Shown one piece after another: positions 1 through 8,162 of a stretch of 64,000 nucleotides of DNA (position 1 is the first letter of the stretch; each line of letters begins with the position of its first letter). Both the position numbers and the translations under genes were made by a program. Source of the DNA: a bacterium (lineage in GTDB: Bacteria > Zhuqueibacterota > Zhuqueibacteria > Residuimicrobiales > Krinioviventaceae). The notes under the pieces were generated by a model, which did no database searches, was not told where the DNA came from, and saw nothing but the letters and a program-made list of their open reading frames with translations. The DNA is taken from NCBI GenBank assembly GCA_963675755.2, contig CAXXMD010000002.1, forward strand, positions 160,001 to 224,000, in the 5' to 3' direction.

Positions 1-844
1 AAAGATTACATCCCAGGCAGAAATGCAGTATTCTCCGAAACGTACAGGAAGCAAGGCAGGTTTTATGGATTGGCTTGTTTCTCCATCTTTTGCAAGAGCA
101 GGAAAAGGTTTTGCGTTTGTCATGCTGGTTGTGATAGTAATGTTTGCGTCTTTCCAACTCATCACACGAATCGATCAAAATCCGACACAAAACCTTGTGG
201 CATACAATACAGTCAAAGTGGATACAGGTAAACGGTTGACCCTAACCCTGAGTGATGGCTCAAAAGTAACATTGGATGCTGGCAGTGAGTTTAAATATCC
301 CACCGAATTTGCTGATACAAGAGAGGTCTATTTAAAGGGTGAGGCCTTTTTTCAGGTAGCCCGCGATCCTAAACATCCATTTCATGTGCATGCGAACCAG
401 GCAATGGTCAAGGTGTTGGGAACAAAATTCAATGTCCGCGCCTGGGAAGATATTAATGCTGTAGAAGTAGCTGTTGAATCCGGTTTGGTTGCCTTTTCAA
501 ATAGCTCAGTCATAACGGATTCTGTTCTTTTGTCAAAGAATAAATATAGTTTTCTGTCTGCTGATGGAATCCCCTCTGAACCTGTTACCATCAACATTCA
601 GGAATATACAAGCTGGATGAATAATGAAAAATATTTTCATAATGCCAGTCTGAAAGAAGTAGTTGCCCAATTAGAAAGATGGTATGGATATCAGTTCTAT
701 GTTGATGATGAATCTGTTTTGGATAAAAAGTTGACAATTCATCTGAAACGAATCAATATGGATGATATCATTGAGCTAATTGCTGTACTGACCGATACCC
801 GTGTTGAGAGAAATGATAACGAATTCAGAATATTAAAAAAATAA
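1..844 (+). CDS. FecR-family anti-sigma factor (probably 5'-truncated by the window edge)
   Basis: TM segment then FecR motifs LSDGSKVTLDAGS, REVYLKGEAFFQV, VKVLGTKFNV, plus C-terminal SLKEVVAQLERWYG. The frame is open from position 2, so the true start may lie upstream of the ATG at 23. Confidence 0.92.
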   Translation, partial: KITSQAEMQYSPKRTGSKAGFMDWLVSPSFARAGKGFAFVMLVVIVMFASFQLITRIDQNPTQNLVAYNTVKVDTGKRLTLTLSDGSKVTLDAGSEFKYPTEFADTREVYLKGEAFFQVARDPKHPFHVHANQAMVKVLGTKFNVRAWEDINAVEVAVESGLVAFSNSSVITDSVLLSKNKYSFLSADGIPSEPVTINIQEYTSWMNNEKYFHNASLKEVVAQLERWYGYQFYVDDESVLDKKLTIHLKRINMDDIIELIAVLTDTRVERNDNEFRILKK

Positions 845-856
845 GGTATTAAATTA

Positions 857-3800
857 ATGAATCACTTTAGCAAAAGTATGATTTTCTTTCTGGTGATGTT
901 GATTTTTCAATTATCTTTTGCGCAGGAAGAACATGATTATAGCAGGGAAATGCTTGAGAAATTTGGAGGGCAAAAAATACCTTCAAATTTACTGAATAAA
1001 ATATCTTTGGATATTGATAACGAACCTCTCGAAGCTGCTCTTGATTCAATTACAACCCAGACACAGCTTGCCTTCAATTATCCCAGTAATGGTATACCCT
1101 TACAGAAAAGAATAACTATAAAAATGGATAAAGTATATGCTTTGGAAGCTTTATTGTCAATATTAAAAAATACAGGTACCACCTTACAGATCACCAATGG
1201 TGGAATGCTTGCTTTGTTACCCCAGAATGAACGTCCATCTAGTTACTTTGGTAGAATCAAGGGAACTGTTGTTGATAAAGATACAGGAGAACCTCTACCC
1301 GGTGCCAATGTAGTGGTTAAAGGCACTGCGATAGGTTCAGCCTCTAATATTGAAGGTGAATTTTCTATCCCAAGAATACAACCTGGAAGTTATACCCTTG
1401 ATGTGACTTTTATTGGATATAAGCAGGAATTTGTTGATGTGACCGTCCAGACCAACAAAACAACCCAGATAACTGTAAATATGGATTATGATGTGTTAGA
1501 AGGAACAGAAGTGATTGTTTCCGCACAGCGTGAGGGACAGATTGCAGCTATCAACCAGCAGCTGACAGCAAATTCAATTATGAATGTAGTATCTGCTGAC
1601 CGTATTCAGGAATTACCGGATGCGAATGCGGCAGAAGCAATTGGCCGGCTTCCGGGTATTGCGGTGCAACGAAGTGCAGGTGAAGCATCAAAAGTTATGA
1701 TACGCGGTTTGCAGCCCAAATTAAGCACCATAACAGTAAACGGCGTCAAGATGCCGGCAACTGACGGTCAGGACCGTTCCGTTGACCTCAGTATGATCTC
1801 ACCTGATCTACTCGCTGGTATTGAAGTGTTCAAATCCCCAACACCAGATATGGATGCCGAAGCGCTGGGTGGTACCGTAAACCTGGTTTTGCAAAAAGCC
1901 CCGGATGCACGAACCATTCGCGTTAGAGGATACGGCGGTTACAATCACCAAAATGATGACTGGGGTGATTATAAAAGTTCTGCAATGATGAGCAACCGGT
2001 TTTTTAACCGTTCATTGGGTGTGATAGCGGGTGTAAACCTTGAACGCTTTAACCGAGGCAGCCAGTCGTTAAGTGCAAGCTATACCAGCTTGGGAGTACG
2101 TGATGCAAGTGGAAAATACCTGCAACAAACGAATACGGTTTCACTGTCTAATGGAGCACAGATAAGAAAAAGATGGGGTGCAAATTTAAACCTGGATTAC
2201 GAGTTTTTAAACGGTTCTATTGTGCTGACAAATTTTTACAGTGAAACCTCGAGAGAAATTTTTAACCAGTCATTGAATTACAGTGCTGAAAATGCGACCA
2301 GTGGATATTCCGCAACATCTCAGGAAACAGAATTAAAAGCATTTTCAAACGCAATTAGCATAAATCAGAATGTTGCCGGAATGGACATTACCATGGGAGT
2401 CAGCCGTTACGAGATCAATTCCGACTATCCCTATTACAGTAGTCTCACGTTTACGCAAACAAGTTCTTTTAATACAAATCCGGATAACATGCCCGATGGC
2501 GGTATTTTATATAATCCCAACCTGACACCTGATCAAATACCTCTGGCTACTCATGTAGATCTTGAAAATACAAAGCTTAGAAATGCCAGTGTAGTAATGG
2601 ATAGTACCAACCAGGTTGATTATACATACCAGTTTGATCTTCAGAAACCTGTTGTAATAGGCAGTAAAATTGCCGGATTTATTAAAATGGGTGGAAAATA
2701 TTTTTCAACCAAACGAGACCATGGCGCGGGTACACGGGGTGATTTCTTTTATTACCTAGGTGGAAATCAGACTCAAACCGCTATCAATAATCATCCCACT
2801 TCTTTAATTTTGACATCAAATGGTGACTATATCTCGTTATTGAATTTTGTCGATCCCAATACTTCTGTTGATAATTTTCTTGATGGAGATTATGATTATC
2901 ACACCATATTGGATGAAGACAAGGTTAAAGACTGGAATACATACCACAATTCGGAATACCGCACTGACAGGTCAGGTATTGTCAATAATTATAATCTTGA
3001 AGAATCAATCAGTGCCGGTTATATCATGGCAAAACTGAATTTCGGACAAAAGCTGACGCTCATTCCGGGCGTACGCTATGAACATTCGGACAATGAATAT
3101 TCTGCAAAGTGGTCTACCATTTCTGGTGATTATGGTGCTTTAGGCTACGCACAAGATACAACAACCACTCAGAATTATGGACACTGGCTGCCGCATCTGC
3201 ATGTAAAATATCAGCCCTTGTCCTGGTTTGATTTGCGATTGTCTACTACCCGGACTCTTGCACGCCCGGATTTCAGTGCATTATCTCCACGTACGCAATT
3301 AAATATAGACACTCAAAGAATTGTTCGTGGAAATCCGGATTTAAAAGCTGCAAAATCATGGAATTATGATATTACTGCATCTATATACAGTAACAGCTTT
3401 GGACTGTTTACATTTAGTGGATTTTACAAAGACATTGAGGATATTTTTTACAGCAAGACAACCTATATCGTTAAAGATGATGATGTAATCAAATACCAAA
3501 TTCCGGGACAAACAAAAGGCTGGCGAATGACATATACTGAAAATTCAACAGCTCAAGTTTGGGGATTTGAAACGGATGTTCAAACACAGTTACGCTTTTT
3601 ACCCGGTTTGTTAAAAGGTATCGTGTTTAATGCGAATTATTCAGTGTTTAAATCTGAAGCATTGTTCCCTGAAACAGATTTGGATGTTGAAATTGATTAT
3701 TCAACTTATCCTTTCACATCCATCTATACAGTTACAGATAGTTACCGCAAAGGAAAAATGCCTGGCCAGGCTGACCAGATTGCAAACCTTGCTCTTGGAT

Positions 3801-4078
3801 ATGATATTGGTTCATTTTCTGTTAGAGTTTCTGCCAACTATCAGGGTAAATTTATATCCAGTGTTGGTACCATTGAAGAAATTGACAGATATACTGATGA
3901 ATTCTGGCGCTGGGATGCATCTGCAAAGTATCATCTAAATGATCATATGAGCTTGCATCTCAACCTTATCAACTTTACCAATCAATATGATCACCATTAT
4001 TTAGGTTATGTTACATATCCAACGAGCATGCAGTATTATGGTCGTGCGGGAAATGCTGGAATCGAATATGTATTTTAA
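857..4078 (+). CDS. TonB-dependent receptor with N-terminal STN signalling extension and CarboxypepD_reg-like domain (not SusC type)
   Basis: Signal peptide; STN-like ISLDIDNEPLEAALDSI; IKGTVVDKDTGEPLPGANV; plug motifs LPDANAAEAIGRLPG and KSPTPDMDAEALGG; C-terminal YVF beta-signal; directly after FecR. Confidence 0.93.
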   Translation: MNHFSKSMIFFLVMLIFQLSFAQEEHDYSREMLEKFGGQKIPSNLLNKISLDIDNEPLEAALDSITTQTQLAFNYPSNGIPLQKRITIKMDKVYALEALLSILKNTGTTLQITNGGMLALLPQNERPSSYFGRIKGTVVDKDTGEPLPGANVVVKGTAIGSASNIEGEFSIPRIQPGSYTLDVTFIGYKQEFVDVTVQTNKTTQITVNMDYDVLEGTEVIVSAQREGQIAAINQQLTANSIMNVVSADRIQELPDANAAEAIGRLPGIAVQRSAGEASKVMIRGLQPKLSTITVNGVKMPATDGQDRSVDLSMISPDLLAGIEVFKSPTPDMDAEALGGTVNLVLQKAPDARTIRVRGYGGYNHQNDDWGDYKSSAMMSNRFFNRSLGVIAGVNLERFNRGSQSLSASYTSLGVRDASGKYLQQTNTVSLSNGAQIRKRWGANLNLDYEFLNGSIVLTNFYSETSREIFNQSLNYSAENATSGYSATSQETELKAFSNAISINQNVAGMDITMGVSRYEINSDYPYYSSLTFTQTSSFNTNPDNMPDGGILYNPNLTPDQIPLATHVDLENTKLRNASVVMDSTNQVDYTYQFDLQKPVVIGSKIAGFIKMGGKYFSTKRDHGAGTRGDFFYYLGGNQTQTAINNHPTSLILTSNGDYISLLNFVDPNTSVDNFLDGDYDYHTILDEDKVKDWNTYHNSEYRTDRSGIVNNYNLEESISAGYIMAKLNFGQKLTLIPGVRYEHSDNEYSAKWSTISGDYGALGYAQDTTTTQNYGHWLPHLHVKYQPLSWFDLRLSTTRTLARPDFSALSPRTQLNIDTQRIVRGNPDLKAAKSWNYDITASIYSNSFGLFTFSGFYKDIEDIFYSKTTYIVKDDDVIKYQIPGQTKGWRMTYTENSTAQVWGFETDVQTQLRFLPGLLKGIVFNANYSVFKSEALFPETDLDVEIDYSTYPFTSIYTVTDSYRKGKMPGQADQIANLALGYDIGSFSVRVSANYQGKFISSVGTIEEIDRYTDEFWRWDASAKYHLNDHMSLHLNLINFTNQYDHHYLGYVTYPTSMQYYGRAGNAGIEYVF

Positions 4079-4102
4079 AAGGTTGTTGATTTTTGATTTG
4101 AA

Positions 4103-4129
4103 AGGAGGCTTGTGAGCAGATTTTCTTAA
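4103..4129 (+). promoter_or_regulatory. Orphan Shine-Dalgarno (AGGAGG) with a possible 5-codon GTG uORF, 78 nt upstream of the next start codon
   Basis: AGGAGG at 4103-4108, then ctt GTG AGC AGA TTT TCT TAA. The downstream gene has its own SD (GAGAGGT). Same arrangement at 31223. Confidence 0.45.
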
Positions 4130-4180
4130 TAATTGTAACTCAATCATTGGATAAAACTAATTCTAGAGAGGTATGGAAAA

Positions 4181-5749
4181 ATGAATAAAGCCCAAAAATT
4201 GTTACAAAATCTTATTATCATCAATTGCGTTGTACTCATGTTTGCTTCTATATTATCGGCAAGAGAAGTAGTTATCGATCCCAATATTCCAAACGAGATG
4301 TATAATGTGATCACTGCTGACTCTACAGCAAGACGTGATGCTGGCGAACCTACTTATTATGTATTGAAACGTGGTGGCGTGTATCCGATCCAAACAACGA
4401 TTAAGGCAGTTGACTATGATTTTAATTTAAAGGCTGAAGACGGAGAAGGAGCTTTACCTTTAGTTGTTCCTGCACCCACAGAAGATGGCGGATACAATCG
4501 TTTTATATATTTTTACCAGAGCGGAACTTTTGAAAATATACATTTCGATATGACCCGTCCCAATGGCGCGTACAGTGATAGATCACTTAGAATTTATGGT
4601 ACTGATGCAGATATCTCTTTTAAGGGCTGTATCATGAACCATGACCGTGGTGGTTTCATTGTGATCATGAGTGACAGTAATGATATCTTTATTGAAGATT
4701 GTTTGTTTGGAAATGGTAATGTTCATAACGCAATAGGTGGAAACGGACGCTTACTGGAATGCCGTAGCGGTTCGGTAGACACTATGATCGTTACCAACTC
4801 TACTTTTTACAATTTGTCTGACCGCGTTGTCCGTAATATGGGCACAGAGATCAATTACCTGGAAATGAACCATGTTACCGGTATGAATGCGCAATCACAC
4901 ATGGGATGTATTCAATTAGGTAAAACCCACAAGTTTAAATACACCAATAATATCTTTGTGAACTATTGCGCTGAAGGTGATCATCCGCTTGTAAACGAAA
5001 TAACATCTCCTGAAAAGGCATTTTACGCGATTGCGGTTGATACATTGTACGATGATCACGATTTTATCATTAATTACAACAATATGTATATTGAACAAAA
5101 TCTGCTTGATTATTTTGCAAGCAATGATTCTGTAGGTGTTCCCGGTGTTGTTGCTCCGTTACTGGCATCTGCTTTAACCAATACAGATGCTACTCATTTT
5201 TCTGAAGTTCTCGAGTTCGTAAACGGTCCGGATTCCATTATCGATTTCATTACTGCAATCTATGAAGATCCTAATGCTACAGAATTTCCCAATAACTGGT
5301 GTGATAAAGACATTACCACATTAGATTTTGCTTACTCTGTTGATTCACAGTCTTATACCGCAGGTAAAGGTGGATTTCCGCTTGGCGATTTGAACTGGTT
5401 CCCTGAAAAGAAACAGGAATGGGCAGGTTGGTATCCTACTGATGTTGAAGAACAGGGTACGGCAGTGGTTGAGGATTTCAAATTGTTTCAAAACTATCCC
5501 AATCCTTTTAATCCTTCAACTGTTATTGATTACACACTCCTCAAATCCAGTAATGTTAAACTGACTGTTTACAACGCATTGGGACAGCAGGTAGCAGATC
5601 TGGTCAATCAAAAACAGGCTGCGGGTACCTATTCAGTGAACTGGAATGCATTAGATAATCAGACCAATCCATTGTCTGCTGGTATTTATTTTTACAAACT
5701 TGAAACAGAATCATTTTCTCAAGTAAATAAAATGGTTCTATTAAAGTAA
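4181..5749 (+). CDS. Secreted acidic beta-helix-like protein with GDLNWFP motif and T9SS/FlgD-type C-terminal sorting domain; TBDR partner
   Basis: Signal peptide; YVLKRGGVY; repeated beta-helix-like turns (TNSTFYN, TNNIF); GGFPLGDLNWFP; LFQNYPNPFNP...KMVLLK tail; paralog of 31299..32945. Confidence 0.8.
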   Translation: MNKAQKLLQNLIIINCVVLMFASILSAREVVIDPNIPNEMYNVITADSTARRDAGEPTYYVLKRGGVYPIQTTIKAVDYDFNLKAEDGEGALPLVVPAPTEDGGYNRFIYFYQSGTFENIHFDMTRPNGAYSDRSLRIYGTDADISFKGCIMNHDRGGFIVIMSDSNDIFIEDCLFGNGNVHNAIGGNGRLLECRSGSVDTMIVTNSTFYNLSDRVVRNMGTEINYLEMNHVTGMNAQSHMGCIQLGKTHKFKYTNNIFVNYCAEGDHPLVNEITSPEKAFYAIAVDTLYDDHDFIINYNNMYIEQNLLDYFASNDSVGVPGVVAPLLASALTNTDATHFSEVLEFVNGPDSIIDFITAIYEDPNATEFPNNWCDKDITTLDFAYSVDSQSYTAGKGGFPLGDLNWFPEKKQEWAGWYPTDVEEQGTAVVEDFKLFQNYPNPFNPSTVIDYTLLKSSNVKLTVYNALGQQVADLVNQKQAAGTYSVNWNALDNQTNPLSAGIYFYKLETESFSQVNKMVLLK

Positions 5750-5806
5750 CGCAATTATGAATAACTGATTTACTCTTTCTACCCAAATGACTTACTCTTG
5801 ACAACA

Positions 5807-5843
5807 ATTGTCCCGGAGATCCTGAACAAATCTCCGGGACAAT
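5807..5843 (+). terminator. Strong hairpin without U-tract (3' stabiliser or weak terminator)
   Basis: Perfect 14-bp inverted repeat ATTGTCCCGGAGAT / ATCTCCGGGACAAT with a 9-nt loop. Confidence 0.6.
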
Positions 5844-5884
5844 ATTAATAACAATTTATATTATTCTCAAATAAACAGGCAATT

Positions 5885-8125
5885 ATGAAATATTTGTATT
5901 TGTTTTTGGTGATCTCTGTCTTAACCAGTAAAATTTTTGCTGTTGATTTTTATATTTCTCCAAAAGGATCTGATCAAAATTCTGGTTCTATTGAAAAACC
6001 CTTCAAAACAATAAGTGGGGCAAAAGAACATGTACGCATATTCTTACAAAATCATGATGTCAATGATGATATAAATGTGTGGTTGCGGGAGGGCACATAT
6101 TATCTTGAAAAATCAGTCGAGTTTGATAATCGGGATTCTGGTAATGAAACCGCAAAAGTAATTTATCAATCCTTTTCGGGCGAGGATGTGTTTTTATCTG
6201 GTGGAAAATCTGTGCCGGTAAATTTGGTGGAATCTGTTTATGATACCCGGATTTTAGATCGTTTACTCTCTGATCAGGCAAAAAAGCATTTAAAGCAAAT
6301 TGATTTAAAAACTATAAAAATTACAGATTTTGGTGAGCACAAACAATTCGGATTTGGCTTGCCGGTAGTCTGTACACCCTTGGAATTCTATATTAATAAT
6401 GAAAAAATGGATCTTGCTCAATATCCCAATGATGGATTTGTTAAAATCGGTCAGGTTATTGATCATGGTTCAGTGCCTCGCAGAGATGATTATGAAAACA
6501 TCAGAGGGGGAACTTTTGAATATTCTGATTTTCGTCATGAAAAGTGGCAGGATATAAATAACGTTTGGCTAAAAGGTACATTTAACCGGGGATATGCTGA
6601 TGATTATATTCAAATAAAAAGTATTGATACATTAAAAAAGCAGATAACACTGGCATCACCGCACATGTACGGACTTGCTTCTGGAAAAGATTTTCAGCAA
6701 TACAAAGCCATCAATATATTTGAAGAAATTGATACGCCGGGTGAGTGGTATCTCGACCGGGACAAGAGTATATTGTATTTTTGGCCACCTGATAATGTAA
6801 CATTGGAAAGTATTTGTGTATCCATGTTAAAAGATCCCATGGTAGTTTTTGAAAATTCATCTTTTATTGAATTCAGAAATGTTGTTTTTCAGAATACCCG
6901 GGGTATGGGTATTTACATTGAAGAGGGTAGTAATATCCTGATCAGGGGATGCGTACTGCGGAATATCGGTACAGTTGCTGTTATGATGGGGCAGGGTGCG
7001 AAACAGACATTCCCGCATATTACACATGATCAATATACCGGCGAACCAGTATCCCGAGAAATCGGGTCGTTGAGGCCGCATTTATATGACAATTCAGTAT
7101 GGGACCGCAAGGCCGGACATCATCATGGTGTGCAGAGCTGTGAAATATATAATACAGGGATTGGTGGAATTATTTTAAGTGGTGGCAGCAAAAAGACTCT
7201 CACTCCTGGATACTGTTTTGTGGATAATTGTAAAATATATGATTTTCAGACCCGGGTAGGCACCCAGGGAAATGCCATTGCAATTGACGGCTGTGGTAAC
7301 AGGATCAGTCATTGTGAGATTTTTAATTCTGAACAGCAGGCGATTCTGGTTTACGGCAATGATCATGTTTTCGAGTATAACAACATTCATCATATTGCAT
7401 TGAATACCAACGATGCTTCTGCCTGGTATACAGGTAGAAATCCTAGTGACCGGGGGCATATAATCCGTTACAATTTTTTTCATCATATAGGACGCCCTGA
7501 TCGTGAACTTATAATGGGAATTTACTTTGATGATTCCGCCTGTGGTGTGGATGTGATTGGAAATATATTTTATAAAGTAGCATCGTATGGTACCATCTAC
7601 AGTAATGCCGGTTCAGACTTGAAAATACGCAATAACATTTTTATTGAAGGATATGGCCCTGCACTGCAATTGAAATCCCGCTGGTGGGATCGTCTATTAA
7701 CCGCGCGGGAGAACAACCTCGGTGAAAACAGTATTTTCTATAAACGCCTAGTCAAAGAAATTGACCTGAAAAGTCCTCCTTACAGTACACATTATCCTGA
7801 ACTCATGAATTGGATGGACATTACCGATGATGGTGAAAACTTGTATGGTATGTTTCCTGAGAGGAATGAGTTCAGTGATAATATAATTGTAAATTATCCG
7901 GAAACCTGCCGACTGACAGGCATTTACAGCAAGTTCCAATTTGGTAACAATTGTGTGATCAAAGGAGACCCCGGTTTTTCTGATTATGGAAATATGGATT
8001 TCAACCTGGAAGATTATTCGGTGGTCTATCGCAAACTTGCAAATTTTAAGCCTGTTCCATTTAATGAAATGGGGCTCTATAAAGATGATTTTAGAAATGT
8101 TGTTGAAAGACTAATTATAAAATAA
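5885..8125 (+). CDS. Secreted right-handed parallel beta-helix protein, GH141-like
   Basis: Signal peptide; FYISPKGSDQNSGSIEKPFKT, WLREGTYYL, LAQYPN, EIDTPGEWYLD, GIYFDD; multiple PbH1-like repeats. Confidence 0.65.
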   Translation: MKYLYLFLVISVLTSKIFAVDFYISPKGSDQNSGSIEKPFKTISGAKEHVRIFLQNHDVNDDINVWLREGTYYLEKSVEFDNRDSGNETAKVIYQSFSGEDVFLSGGKSVPVNLVESVYDTRILDRLLSDQAKKHLKQIDLKTIKITDFGEHKQFGFGLPVVCTPLEFYINNEKMDLAQYPNDGFVKIGQVIDHGSVPRRDDYENIRGGTFEYSDFRHEKWQDINNVWLKGTFNRGYADDYIQIKSIDTLKKQITLASPHMYGLASGKDFQQYKAINIFEEIDTPGEWYLDRDKSILYFWPPDNVTLESICVSMLKDPMVVFENSSFIEFRNVVFQNTRGMGIYIEEGSNILIRGCVLRNIGTVAVMMGQGAKQTFPHITHDQYTGEPVSREIGSLRPHLYDNSVWDRKAGHHHGVQSCEIYNTGIGGIILSGGSKKTLTPGYCFVDNCKIYDFQTRVGTQGNAIAIDGCGNRISHCEIFNSEQQAILVYGNDHVFEYNNIHHIALNTNDASAWYTGRNPSDRGHIIRYNFFHHIGRPDRELIMGIYFDDSACGVDVIGNIFYKVASYGTIYSNAGSDLKIRNNIFIEGYGPALQLKSRWWDRLLTARENNLGENSIFYKRLVKEIDLKSPPYSTHYPELMNWMDITDDGENLYGMFPERNEFSDNIIVNYPETCRLTGIYSKFQFGNNCVIKGDPGFSDYGNMDFNLEDYSVVYRKLANFKPVPFNEMGLYKDDFRNVVERLIIK

Positions 8126-8162
8126 TTACGGGTACTGGTAGCAATAAATACAGGAGATTGTG

